From the NCBI GenBank assembly GCA_964035545.1, contig OZ037772.1, positions 248,001-312,000 of the forward strand: DNA of 64,000 nt, written 5' to 3'. How positions within the stretch are numbered: position 1 is the stretch's first letter; each line of letters opens with the position of its first letter. The notes under the pieces are model-generated. The model searched no databases. It was not told the origin of the DNA and saw only the letters and a program-made list of their open reading frames with translations. Below are positions 13,770-26,945 of the stretch, one piece after another. This DNA comes from Bugula neritina. Taxonomy: Eukaryota; Animalia; Bryozoa. The translations under genes and the position numbers were made by a program.

Positions 13770-13930
13770 CCACCCACCATGCATCAATTGGAAAAGATTT
13801 CAAATCAACCTTTATTGCTGAATTATGAACCAACTCAATGAAATCCTCCTGTAATTCTCCTGGAATCTTTTTGACAAAGCGTTGGAATTTGTCACATGTC
13901 AAGCTAAGAATCGAGCTCATTCTTTTCAAG
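13770..13930 (-). mobile_element. hAT transposase C-terminal remnant (ZBED5/Buster-like)
   Basis: Peptide ELQEDFIELVHNSAIKVDLKSFPIDAWW resembles the LQEELIEL..D..LK..F....EFW segment preceding the hAT dimerisation domain. Confidence 0.5.
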
Positions 13931-14420
13931 AGATAGTTCAGAAAAATATCGTTAAAGCTCTATTGTGCTCTAGTGTGCAATTTTTACTTATGACATTTTT
14001 ATTTATTATCAGAACTTGTTCTCCTATAAAAGTTTATTGAGTGTGTGGAAAAACACCACAATTTAGAAAAAGGCGCCACCACTTTAGTGTAACTTTAGAA
14101 ACACTGACGCTGCTATGAAAAACAATGATATATGATGATTGCACTCCTGCATGTTTAGGCTCAGATTATTTAGAGTAGCAAATATATTTACAAGGTATAT
14201 GTAGTATACAGTTTATAGAGATTGACTTGCATGGCTGCTAAAAGTTGGCCTGTTAGTTCAAGCAGCAAATTTTTTGACCTCCATTTGAAAGTAGCACAGA
14301 AAGCAGTTAGGGTAGAGTAATTAATAAACACATCCATGTCAAAGTAAACTAATATTGCAGAATATAGTTTGGCTAAATAAGGGAGCTAAGATAAAGGTTT
14401 ACAGAAATATCCACATATAA

Positions 14421-14544
14421 ATGTAACTTGCAAGAACCCAAAAAGCCTTCATCAAACCTTGTGAATTTTTCAAATTTCAAATTCTCCCCTAAAATGTCAA
14501 ATATTTCCCCTTGGAGAAATCTCCTCCCAGGTTGGGAAACTCTG
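14421..14544 (+). mobile_element. 3' fragment of the hAT MITE family seen at 51936 and 55030
   Basis: Shares atgtaacttgcaaga...cccctaaaatg...caggttgggaa..ctg with 52321-52447. Confidence 0.7.
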
Positions 14545-14880
14545 AGCAAGAAATGTAAACATGAATATTACCAAGTGCATGCATTGCTAGTTACTAGACT
14601 GTTGGGTTACAACTTACAATATTTGTAAGCTGAAGAGCTATTAATAGAGATGATGATAATGCAGTATAAATTAGTCAGTCTATTATCATGAGTTAGTCAC
14701 TGCTAATATTATGCTATGCAATGGCTAACAGTCACATATAGCAACTTACAAATAATTCTACTATTTATTATGATTATTATGACATCTATGATGAGGAAAT
14801 AAAATGTGCCTTTACATACACATCATATTTTGTGTAAACAAGTGTTTAAATACAGTTGAACATTTGGTGTTCAAAATTTG

Positions 14881-15188
14881 TTTCTTTTTGTTTCAAATGT
14901 TAATAAAATACAAATCAAAAAATATTTTTCAATTAATAATAGTAAATTATGCTGAAGAACTAATGCGGACTTGTAGAATAAGTTCGCAAGAGAAGTAACT
15001 CCTGATTAACATGATTAAACAGTCACAATAATATTCCTGAAAGATTCCTTATAGAGCCTAAAGTTCATACACTATTGTGATGCAGTTATAAATATTCTAT
15101 AGAGTTGGTATTGATATCGCAGTACAATTAGGTCATGAGCTTTCACCAGGCATCAAGTTTTTACCTCCACTGGTGGAGTAATCTTAGG
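14881..15188 (+). repeat. Dispersed direct repeat, copy 1 (copy 2 at 18684-18966; more diverged pieces near 15640 and 19480-19620)
   Basis: Near-identical about 300-bp blocks (gctgaagaactaatg...ctccactggtgga.taatcttagg). Confidence 0.9.
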
Positions 15189-15240
15189 TTTGTAAATAAT
15201 GGCCACTGTAAAGTAGCCATATCCAAAAACTCAGTTTTCT

Positions 15241-15421
15241 AACCATCTCGACTGATGGACATGTGATGTGTGTGACAGGAGGAGGTGTAGAAGTAATAAA
15301 TGGAGACACTCTGGATACTATCAGCTCAGTGAAACACACCAACACTACATGGTGGGGGGAGATAATCCAACCTGAAGGGCTGGTGGTTGTCAGCTGGTAT
15401 AACAGAGCGGAGAACACAGCT
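15241..15421 (+). pseudogene. Isolated fragment of a TRIM beta-propeller exon (paralogous to 57048-57228)
   Basis: GVEVINGDTLDTISSVKHTNTTWWGEIIQPEGLVVVSWYN versus GVEVINRDTLDTISPVKRTNITWWGEIIQPEGVMVGIWYN; no flanking exons. Confidence 0.9.
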
Positions 15422-15914
15422 GGTTTTAAGACAATGGCATTCCTTGGTGTTGAGTTACTTAATATATACAATGCAAATATTTTTGTAGAAAGGTGTCTAA
15501 TAGTTTTTGAAGCCCTCAACAATTTTTTTATTTGAAATAAATTTTATAAATGCTTGACAACAAATTTTAAAAATGTTATATGAATTTTTATTCGTAATCA
15601 ATAATTAAAATAAACAAAAATGATGTTGACTTTTACAAAAATTTTAGCAGAAGAGGCAACTCCTTATAAACATCTAATTTAATAAATAATAGTACTATAA
15701 ATACTCATAACTGTACAAAATAAGTATTGATATAATATCAAATGTAAATTGCCATATAAATAATGCTGTATATATTACACGTATATATACATGCATTGCA
15801 TCAAAACCTATATATGCATGATACCAATAGTGCCTTGCAGCTAATTAGGGTAAATAGAGCACCTTTCAAATACTCTTTATGTGGCAGAACATATATGAAA
15901 ACTCTTCTTCATGA

Positions 15915-16258
15915 CATGATCGGAAGTATTTGTCCAAATATTCAAAGCTAGTTTTGGAGTTATGGCCTTATTTATCCTGTCTAGTATTCTTTTGCTGATG
16001 ATGCCTATTTCAGTTTTGCTTGGGTTTATTAGTCTGCACTTAGGGTTATTCATAAAATTAGGCTTGTGGTCTTTTAGTGTTATGTATGCCTCAGTTGTGT
16101 TGGTGGTCGTGATTTTGTCAATTCGATTTGTAGAGATTTGGCAATATGTTTAGCTTCTAGGTTTATTTCTTGGGGCGTGTTTTGATCAATTTTTTTGTAA
16201 TCCTTAGTGATGTTGTTGTGCAATAGTTCTCTGTAGTTGGTAATTTCTATGTTGTAAA
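15915..16258 (-). mobile_element. Penelope-like element, inverted 5' segment (N-terminal part of the reverse transcriptase)
   Basis: Minus strand reads NYRELLHNNITKDYKK...EAYITLKDHKPNFMNNPKCRLINPSKTEIGIISKRILDRIN, typical of marine-invertebrate Penelope-like RTs; one frameshift. Confidence 0.85.
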
Positions 16259-16264
16259 AATTAT

Positions 16265-17061
16265 TATATTATATATATCAAGCTACAGTTACAACCAAAG
16301 ATGGCAGCCAACCCCAGACTTACGTGGGAACATCAGAAACAGAATTCAAAACTAAATTGTATAACCACAAATCAACTTTTAACAACAAAACAAAAAAGAA
16401 CCATACTGAATTGAGCAAATATATCTGGAAACTAAAAGACAAGAACACCCATTTTGACATAACATGGAAAATTATGAAAAAGACCAACTCATACAACAAA
16501 GTCACTAAAAGGTGCAACCTCTGCCTATGGGAAAAATATTTCATAATATACCAGCCCAGCAAATCTTCCCTTAATAACAGAAATGAGATTCTATCCACAT
16601 GCAGACATGCACGTAAGCACTACCTGGGCAACATCACATAACAATACTAACAATTCTCAACCATAGTACTACCTATTATAAATTACCCTTTTCATCAAAC
16701 ATCTAGCTTTTATAGTCTAATCTTTTAGAAAAAGAGCAATTTAATTAATTAATAGATAACACCAAATCCACTACTATGTTTGCATTTCGTTTTACGTTGT
16801 GTTTAGCATGATAATTTTCTTTATGTAAAAATTTGAATAATCGGTATGCTTCATAGATTTTATTTTATTTATTTTTAGTCTAACACCTGACGAGTGCAGT
16901 TTACTGTACGAAACTATATAGTCGTGTGAGATTTTTTAAATGAAAAAATATATATGTATCGTTAACAATCTGAACACACTACATTATATTAGCTCTGTCA
17001 CCCGTGATATCGAGCGCTTTACTTGGCTGGAACTCCAACTAGATTGACAATCAGCATACAT
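16265..17061 (+). mobile_element. Penelope-like element 3' part: GIY-YIG endonuclease (stop at 16641) plus 3' pLTR, ending at (TA)n
   Basis: IIYQATVTT...YVGTSETEFKTKLYNHK...TELSKYIWKLK...CNLCLWEK...LNNRNEILSTCRH*; a hammerhead lies in the 3' tail. Confidence 0.9.
16883..16927 (+). ncRNA. Minimal type I hammerhead ribozyme (predicted cleavage after GUC, 16923)
   Basis: acac-CTGACGA-gtgcag(ttta)ctgtac-GAAA-ctatatag-TC-gtgt: complete core, with stems I, II and III all pairing. Confidence 0.88.
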
Positions 17062-17075
17062 TATATATATTTATA

Positions 17076-17147
<72 letters not shown>
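17062..17147. repeat. (TA)n microsatellite between the two Penelope-like elements
   Basis: Direct read. Confidence 0.95.
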
Positions 17148-17148
<1 letters not shown>

Positions 17149-17164
17149 GTATGTGTTGATAAAT

Positions 17165-17916
<752 letters not shown>

Positions 17917-18683
17917 TTAGCTGTATCGTGAGTTTATTAAACAGCAGATAAAAAAGTGCTCAAATATTTACATGTACAATAGTGAGCCACTGAGACTATC
18001 ATAAGTTTAGCTCACAATCTAGTTTATGTTCTTGCTATGCTAATGTCATGTGGGTGGCATGCGTGTTGCCTACTTGTGATTGTTTAGCCTGAGATTATAC
18101 TATGACTAATAAGGGCTGTGTCATCTATCAACATCCCATTATACAAAGAGCACACATCAAACTATTCACTAGCCTGTCAGCTAGCAGGCCTGTATAGCTG
18201 GTAACGTATGCATCAGTATATTCTCATCGCAACGTGTCCACTGACTGTAAAAAGTTATGACATTTAAATAATACTTGTCAAGAATAAGATAAAGCTTTCT
18301 GTAGGCCTATATAGCAGAGCATATCAAATATATACATATATTTTTAGACAAGTGGATACTTTGTATGTTTATATCTTCTGCAGGAAGTAGTTAGAAATGA
18401 TCCAATCAGAGCCTTGTTGTACTGATGTGGGAAGATGACAACTCCTTATTTATAAAACACCAGTTTAGCAGCTCTTTGTGATGTGACCTATAGTATATGC
18501 GATATTATAATATAATATAATACAAATTAATATAATACAATATAATTTATGAATGACTAATAATTACAATATAATGTAATATAATATAATATAATACAAT
18601 ATGATACAGTATAAAATAAAATAATATGGCATAATATAATATAACATAATATAATACAATACAATATTATATAATATAATTTA

Positions 18684-18966
18684 TTCTTTTGTTTCAATAC
18701 AAATCAAAATTTTTTTCAACAATTGATAGTAAATTATGCTGAAGAACTAATGTGGACTTGTAGAATAAGTTCGCAAGAGAAGTAACTCCTGATTAACATG
18801 ATTAAACAGTCACAATAACATTTCTCAAAGATTATAGCCTAAAGTTCATACACTATTGTGATGCAGTAAGTATTCTATAGAGTTGGTATTGATATCGCAG
18901 TACAATTAGGTCATGAGCTTTCACCAGGCATCAAGTTTTTACCTCCACTGGTGGATTAATCTTAGG
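18684..18966 (+). repeat. Dispersed direct repeat, copy 2 of 14881-15188
   Basis: Visual alignment. Confidence 0.9.
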
Positions 18967-19881
18967 GCTGCTACAGTTTATCGAATAATTGCAAACTATT
19001 TTGTATATACAATGCAAATTTCTTATAGAAAAGTGTCCAATTTTTGTTGAAGAAATTACTGAGATTTTTCTTTGAAATAAATGCTATATAATAAATTTAA
19101 AAATAAGATTTTAAAATTATTGTATCAGCTTTTATTCATAGTAAAATAATTAAATGTATATAACTGTATATAACTGTATATCGCTGTTGATGTTTATAAA
19201 AGAAGCGAGAGATGCAACTCCCAATAAATATTGAATCCAGAAATAATATTGAACAATAAGGACCATAAGCTAAAGAACATACAGCACTGTCAGCTTGTAA
19301 TAAATAATATAGTATAAGATTACTCAAATGAACATACTATAAAGCTACATTTACATACAAAACATATTTGTGTAAAAAAGTATTTGAATTACAGTTGAAA
19401 AAACTACTCAGTGTTAAAACAACATTTTATTGTAATTAAAGCTTTATTGTAACATATATACAAAAACTTGTTGTTAGTTACTAAAAAATTACGCTGAAAA
19501 AATAATAAAGGAAGTTAGCAGGGGAAGTAACTCCTAATAAACATAAATGTACCAAAAAAAGCAATTTGATTGAAAATTATAGTTTGACATTCACACAACA
19601 CACCACAGCAGTAAGTAATACTCATTGCTGTATAATCAGATAATTTACTTCTGTTACAACTAAAATTTCAATTATGTTACACAATGCTGGTGCTAATTGA
19701 GCAATGTTATACAATTTCATGATATCAACGGCACCAGTGAAGTAGTCGTATCCAAATAAAACATGATAGACACTTTTCACATGTGCCTTTAGAACATTAG
19801 CGTTCTTCAGTGTTCAGTTACTCAATATATACAATGCAAATATTTTTGTAGAAAGGTGTCAAATAGTTTTTGAAGCCCTCA

Positions 19882-20329
19882 ACAATATTCTGTGAGGATA
19901 GGGTTGTGGGGGACACGGTAAACATATCGGGACAGTCCAACAGCCTCTGCGTCAAAGTTCCTCCTTCTAGACTCAGTGAAGAATTGGCCAACCTTCTAGA
20001 AAGTTCCAACTGCTCAGACGTCACTCTGGCCATCGGACCGCGAGAGTTCAAAGTTCACAAGTCCATCCTCTCCGTCAGGTCTCTTGTCGTCAATGCTATG
20101 TTTGAGCATGAGATAGAGAACAAACAGAATTTAGACTTTAGACAAGATGGTGGCTGACCTTCTCTCGGCAGCAGATTAGTACGCACTAGAGAAGAGTCCC
20201 TGTTTGGTAACCTCTCCATGGACAATGTGTGTGAGGTACCATGGTTCTAGCAGACCTCCACTCGGCTGAACAACTCAAAACACACGCTCTGGACTTTGTC
20301 AACAGCCACGTCACAGACGTCGTGGAAAT
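19882..20329 (+). pseudogene. SPOP: SPOP (MATH-BTB-BACK) pseudogene fragment, intronless, covering MATH end, BTB and BACK
   Basis: TIFCE..VVGDTVNISGQSN..VKVPPSRLSEEL...EFKVHKSILSVRSLV..AMFEHE, then [50 protein letters not shown]; stop at 20177-20179, two deletions and frameshifts. Confidence 0.92.
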
Positions 20330-21029
20330 GTGCCATGAAAAATGTGAAGAAAAGTACCCTCAACATGTAGACATTGCATTGCCAATCTGAGTTAATGTCA
20401 AAGTTTAGCTCTATTTCCTGATGATGGACTTCCTTCTTGAATATCAATTGTACTGCTATCACAAACACTAGTTACAGTAGTATAAAAAAGATCAAATGGC
20501 TGGAATTATTGAAAACAAGCTGACGAGAAAAAATACAGCATTTGGAAGTTTAAACTCAAGTAAGCAGTATAATAAGCGCCTCTACAGCTATGGAAGTAAG
20601 CATCTTGCAGCAACAAACTTGTCAAAAGTAGGAGTTATCTCCGCTCGACGAATGTTTACTTATGGTTTAGATTGGCAATGTTATTACTGCATAAACAATA
20701 TAATATGCGGTTCTATGTGTATTGTGTAACAGTTAGCACTCAGGTTACTATTCTGTGAGACAAATTTGGGATTTGCTCCCCCAAAAGAATTGAAACTATA
20801 ATATATATGTTTTGTATAACATGTTTATCTATTTGATGGTAATATTGAAGCAAGCAAAATTACAATAACAAAATATTACAAGACATTAACCAAACCAAAA
20901 CAAAGATTATCCTAGCCATCCTTTGAAATCTTGCTGTGTAATACTAGCAAACATAAATTGATAAGTCTGACAATCGAGATAGATAAGTTATACAAATTAA
21001 ATACATAAGAGAATTGCAGTTAGAACATC

Positions 21030-21365
21030 AATATTAAAATATTTCCTTCAACGGAAATTTTTGTAGCCTTAAAATAAATTCTCCAATTCAAATATTTCTC
21101 AAATATAAAATTGTGCAGCTTCAGAAATCCAAATATTTTCTCCAATATAATTTGCGAAGACTAGAAACAAATTTCTCAATTCAAATATAAGTTTGTGCAG
21201 CTTTAAGATAAAATTTCTAATTCAAATATTTTCTTCAAATAAACTTATGCTGTTTCAAAATCAATAAATCAAATCAGCAATTTTTCTTTAAATAATTTAT
21301 GCTGCTTAAAAATTAATAGATCAATTCAAACAAAATTTCCTCAAACAAGTTTTTGCTGCTTCTAA
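21030..21365. repeat. Diverged tandem repeat, unit about 50-60 bp
   Basis: Recurring ttcaaatattt(t)ctcaaatataa...tgtgcagctt. Confidence 0.65.
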
Positions 21366-23559
21366 AGAAAACTAATACACTTGTTAGTCTAAATAACAAA
21401 AGAGGTTAAGAATATCCTTAACATAAAATTGTAACATTACTTACTGCAGCCAGTCTATATTATCGATATTTGTATCAATTAGTCAGTTTTCTAGACGTCC
21501 CCCCCCCCTAATATAATTATTACTGCTGCTATATCTTCTATGCTCCAATCGTCTTTAGCTGCTTTTATCTTCTTGTATATCTATCTCCATTCGTCATTTA
21601 TCATTCATCCTTTTTCTGTTTTCAGAAATTCGGCTCCTTTTGTACCAAATCTTTTTGGCAATGGTTCAGATTTTAAAGATACCGACAATAACTGGCCAAT
21701 GAAAACCAGCGGCAAACTGACGTAGAACTCGGTTAGGTATGTTGGCAGCCAAGATAGGGATTGACGTAAGAAGGATCTGTTGTTATTGGCTCATCTTTGT
21801 ATATTGTGGGCTATATAATCAATAATTGTACAGCAATCCTTAATCTAAAAAATAACTTTAAAACTATAATATGATAAAATGTTATCAGTCGATGCTCACG
21901 TGTTGACCTTTGTAACAGGCTGATCAATGTCAAAAAATTTATTAGGCGTTTGAAACATTATATCATCTAAATGTTGGTGTAAACAAATATTTACACATAT
22001 GTGTATCTCTATTTATGAACAGCATCTGCTATATGTTTCAGCTTTTTTATTCATTCCCATTTGTTCATCAATTAGTGTTTTATTTCAAAAGTCAATATTA
22101 CAAATTTCAACACATGATCATGGCATGTGGTACTATCCTAACACACAATTACTTATCTAAAAGCCACACTACTAAATAATACTATATATATATATTTAAT
22201 AATGCATTAAGCAATTTCTATGCAAGACCGAAATATTTAACTTACTCAAAACTTGTACATTTGAACTTTTAATTTCACTCAATTATTGGGCCTCATGCAT
22301 CATAAAACTTTTGAATGTGTTTTATATTCTTTCTTGAATGTTGTAGATAAACTGTAGTCTACATACCGTGGTGGAGCAGATATAAGAATTTATAATTGCA
22401 TCAACCCGTTGCAGCAGCCATCTTACTGGAAATCTCAAACAAACCTTAACATCGCCAAAGCCATATTTTTATTGCGAGCTGACAGAACATCTCAGATACA
22501 CAACTTGTAAAGTACAGAAGTAAGAATTAAACACAAAGGACAGTATATGTATAATCAAGGCTACCGCTTTTTTAAAGAATTTTCTGAGAATAATGATACA
22601 AATATTACCACTTCAGCTTAACAACTTATGACATAACGGTTACATTAGATATCATTTTGTAGATTTCATATTTGTCTGTGTTTTAGTACTGCCAAAGATA
22701 TCACTTAGCACTAAATGGACAAAATTGCTTCTTTTAATGTTGGAGAAAGGCCATTATATATGAATTGGATAAAGAAACTAGTAAATTATTCAGTGTTATA
22801 ACTTATAATTAAACTTTGAACGAGCTTTGCTCTGATTGGTTTTTTCTGACTTATCGTAATATATATCTATATCTAGCCAGGGTTTTGTGCCTACATAGTA
22901 ATGTACACTTCCTATGATAAGAGTAATTGAATGCAAATATAAATGAACATAATTTTTCTGATTTTAGTCTAGTTATGTTATAAGCATTAGATAACTTGTT
23001 TTTGAGACAGCGGGGTGAGAGCTTTGTAAAAAATTTAGCCTAATTAGAATTTCTGTAATAGATAAACGTTACTAGCTTCTTAACAATTCAATTGAAGTTG
23101 AGTAAAAATATACATCAGATTACCAGTTCAAAGTAAAAGACTTTGAAGGCTAATAACTTACTACGAGCATTTTAAACAAATAACAAGAGACTAAATTCAA
23201 AACCAATTTATAATTATTCTTAGCATATGACAAGTATGAATGTTACAGCTGCTCTTGTACAATGTACTTGTACAGCTCTTACTCATCCTAGTATGTTTAA
23301 CTGACATAGAATCCTTGTGTTTCTAGGGACTCCGCACATCGTTGGAGTGCAGAGGTCATCTCCAACAAAAGACTTTGAATTAAAGTGGATAAATAAAAGT
23401 AAGCGCTTGTAATGTTTTTCAGCTTTAATTAAAGTTCCCAAAATGTTATTGTTGGTAAGTTTCAGGCTCAAGAATAATCTTGTATTTTCTTATTAAAAAA
23501 CAAAAAGAGAAAAAAAAGAAAATAAGGGTCCTCAGTCGCAAAAACCAAAAGATAGCTTT

Positions 23560-24178
23560 TCCAGAGGTGTGGACATATTCAAAAGTTTCAAATTTGGAGA
23601 AGGAGAATCTATAGAGGTTCACAAGGATGTCCTAGAAAAATTTGACAACTTTTGTAAAAAGACCTCCAACAAAATAATCAAGAGACATCAACTGCTATCA
23701 ATAGATGAGTATGTCACCAACTTACATTGTTTATGAGCTTGATAGCGATAAAACTTCACTCAATACCAGAGACATATTTTCAAATATTGTTTTTTTTTGT
23801 GTTTGCAGGTAAAAGACCATTTCCATGTGATGTCTGTGGCAAGGCTTTCAAGCGCAGAAAAATCTGATAAAGAGGATAAAACAAAAATGGCCATTCTAAT
23901 GCGGACCATTAGACCCAGAGGTGTAGACATATTCAAAAGTTTCAAGTTTGGGGAAGGAGAATCTAAAGATGTTTACAAGGATGTCCTATATAGGAAAATT
24001 TGACAACTTTTGGAAAAAGACCTCCAACAAAATAATCAAAACACATCAACTGCTATCGACAAAACAAGAATGCTTATCAATAGATGAGTATGTCACCAAC
24101 AGCTTACATGGGATCGCCAGAAAATGTGACCTTGGTGACATGTATGATGTCTTTTTTATGCAGGCCTTTCTTCTTGGC
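23560..24178 (+). mobile_element. Two partial, deleted duplicates of the Gypsy gag at 26180 (23560-23727 and 23855-24178)
   Basis: Near-identical to 26264-26585 (ccagaggtgt.gacatattcaaaagtttcaa...aagacctccaacaaaataatc). Confidence 0.85.
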
Positions 24179-24179
24179 A

Positions 24180-24494
24180 TATATAATTTTGTATGCTCAC
24201 ATGGAACTATAGAAGGAAATGTCAGCTAGAAGCGGAAGGAAATGGAGGTCAAGGCCAGCAACGCAATATCAAGGTCAACTGGAAGAAAGTAGTTTTAGGT
24301 CACGACTTGTCATTCTCAATTATGGCGGCTAGTTTGAGCACACTTTTGAACTAAAAGAGGAAGGAGACAAGGAGACCACAGAACTCTCTGGGGAGGGAGG
24401 TAAAACACGCTTCAGCTACAAAGCAAGAGTTGAAAAGAGAAATAATTGGAAAAAGTTGAAATTTTACTCCATTTGATCCAAAATTAACAGATAT
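24180..24494 (-). repeat. Duplicate of the KIF14 pseudogene terminal exon and 3' flank (30952-31265)
   Basis: Closely similar over about 315 bp, fused directly to the gag fragment. Confidence 0.9.
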
Positions 24495-24534
24495 CAATAA
24501 GAGTTGCAATCACATGTTCTCCTGTAGTTTTCAG

Positions 24535-25845
24535 AACAAAAGGATGCTTTTGTTGAGCAGAGTCTTGAGCTTGGTGACTTGACAAAATTGCTTTGATCTT
24601 AGATAAGTCACAAAAGCATTTATGTGTAGTTAATCTGAATACTAATATAAGACAGTTATAAACTATATCTTAGTTTTAGGTCATATATAGTATGAAATTT
24701 TACAGACATGAAGAAACAACTAAAGGAGGTGCTGGATGGGCAGAAAAACTGATGGCTATAATCACTGATAGCCATAGTGGCAAAGACAATATAACTGAGC
24801 AGCTGGAGGAGCCGCTAAAAACAATACAAGAGTTTGAATCTCTTGAAGAACTTCTCCAATCCTCAAGAGAAAAACGTTCTGCTCTGGTACATAGTATACT
24901 ACTATATAATATAGATTGTATAGCTAGTTTAAAAACTTTTGGTGTATAACATGCAATATATAACATCCTGGCGTAGTTGATATTAGAATACAATTTCTAG
25001 TGAACTGTAGATTTTCAAGCTATAAAGTGTGTTTCTCTTATGGAATGTTTCTCATTAAAGTGTTAGAAAAAATATTTGCCCCACTGCAATAACACATTGA
25101 ATGTATTCATGTAAATTCATGCTATGAAATATAGGTGCATTAATGTTGTAAACAAAGTTTCTTTTCCAACTGGGAGGAAAAAACTGCGCAGATATGGTGA
25201 AAAGAGCCATGAGAAGAATAGGCACCAATGGGCTGTGGAGCCAATTCAGTATGAAGGGCAAAGCCCATAAACAACATAAAAAGCTGTCTCTAAAAATATA
25301 TTGAAATAAAATCTGTATCAAAACTTATCAAATCTCTGGGGCTGCATCAGCAGTTAAAATAGTTGTTGAGTTGTTGAGTTTAGAATAATTGCTCATCTAA
25401 AAATTTACTGCATTCACTAAGTTTTACTTTCTAATTATATTTTAGAAGCTCTGCTGAAAAGTAAAAGTAATAAAGAAATAGATATAGAGATTGAAGTATC
25501 GCTATTTTTGCCGCAGTGCCCTTATCAACTGGGAGGGGATAAGTATAAAAAGACAAGTTTGCAAGATGAGGTTTTTGTTCTGTTGTTTTTCATTTTTCTA
25601 AACAAAATAAAGTAGCCATTACAGAGTTCGGTCTTGGATCGCAAACCTTTCACCAATGTTGTATGAAAACCATTTATGCAATGTTATGCAACACAACGTT
25701 TATGGAACGTTGGTGAAACTTTTTGAGATAAACGTTTGTTTTAAACGTTGTATATAGTACAAAAAAATGTGTCGACATTTAAACGTTTATTAAACATTTT
25801 GCCTAACATTTATACAACGTCATATCAATGTAAATTGTTAGTGGG
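24535..25845 (+). mobile_element. Right arm of an EnSpm/CACTA-like DNA transposon carrying a decayed spliced DUF4806 gene (exons approx. 24706-24886, 25135-25285, 25446-25571)
   Basis: PLKTIQEFESLEELL...LFQLGGKNCADMVKRAMRRIGTNGLWSQFSMKG...CPYQLGG is DUF4806-like; it is followed by AACGTT-type subterminal repeats (25650-25830) and the terminus tgttagtggg. Confidence 0.6.
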
Positions 25846-26179
25846 GTGATGGCTAAAGAACTATGGGGATATTTTGATGGCTCTATAACTGAACCTGAAG
25901 AATCAGCTAGTGCTATACTAGACTGACTATACAAAGAAATCAAGCAAGACTATGTCAATTATTGTACTAGCGATAATTTGCTATATCTCATAACCAGCTG
26001 CACAAAACCAAAGCAAGCAAGGGGCACTTTACAAAAACCCAGAATCAGAAAGCAAGTCAGGAAACTGACAGTGCCTTCCTCCTATCAAAAAGGGAGACAA
26101 CCAAATACTAACCAAAAAAATACTCAAACGGACACTTCATCTATAAAATTTGTCAAAATAAAAAATAGTTGTTGTAAAC

Positions 26180-26945
26180 ATGGCAACTGCGCAAGATGGT
26201 GCAGAGTTGTCCACCCAATGGTCCTGCTTCAAGGAAGAGTTCAACTATTATCTAATAGCCTCAGAAAAATCTGATAAAGAAGATAAAATAAAAATGGCCA
26301 TTCTAATGCGGACCATTAGACCGAGAGGTACGTAGACATATTCAAAAGTTTCAAGTTTGGGGAAGGAGAATCTAAAGAGGTTTACAAGGATGTCCTATAT
26401 AGGAAAATTTGACAACTTTTGTAAAAAGACCTCCAACAAAATAATCAAAAGACATCAACTGCTATCGACAAAACAGGAATGCTTATCAATAGATGAGTAT
26501 GTCACCAACTTACATAGGATCGCCAGAAAATGTGACCTTGGTGACATGTATGATGACTTTTTTATGCAGGCCTTTCTTCTTGGCATCAACAACACGAACA
26601 ACTTTGGAGAAAATTGTTCGAGGAGTCAGAAAACATAGACCTCAAAAAAGCTATTAAAAGTGCAAATTGGCTGTGAGCTCTCAGAGTGATATGAAGACTA
26701 TTAAAGCGGAAGGAGAATCAATTCATACACTTGGTCTCAAGGCCACTAAAGCAAACAAAAGTGTCAAACTGTACTTACGCACAACTGACAAGGAAGCGAA
26801 TAATCCTGCCAAGTCTAACTGTGGAAACTGTGGCAACTCATCTTCCTGAAAATGCTTACGGTAAACAGTGTAGTAACTGCAAGAAATCCAACCACTTCAG
26901 AGCAGTCTGCAGATCCAGGAAAAATGGCAGAATAAATGCAGTCAC
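26180..26945 (+). mobile_element. Ty3/Gypsy (Mag-like) gag pseudogene
   Basis: QWSCFKEEFNYYLIAS...KMAILMRTI...KFDNFC...SIDEYVTNLHRIARKCDLG...AFLLGIN...CGNCG...YGKQCSNCKKSNHFRAVCRS (double zinc knuckle); several frameshifts; no pol. Confidence 0.85.

Noticed and set aside
14952-14996. CTGAAGA plus hairpin as a third hammerhead (also 18739)
   Set aside because: Extra bases separate the core from the stem, and there is no GAAA...UH or stem I/III
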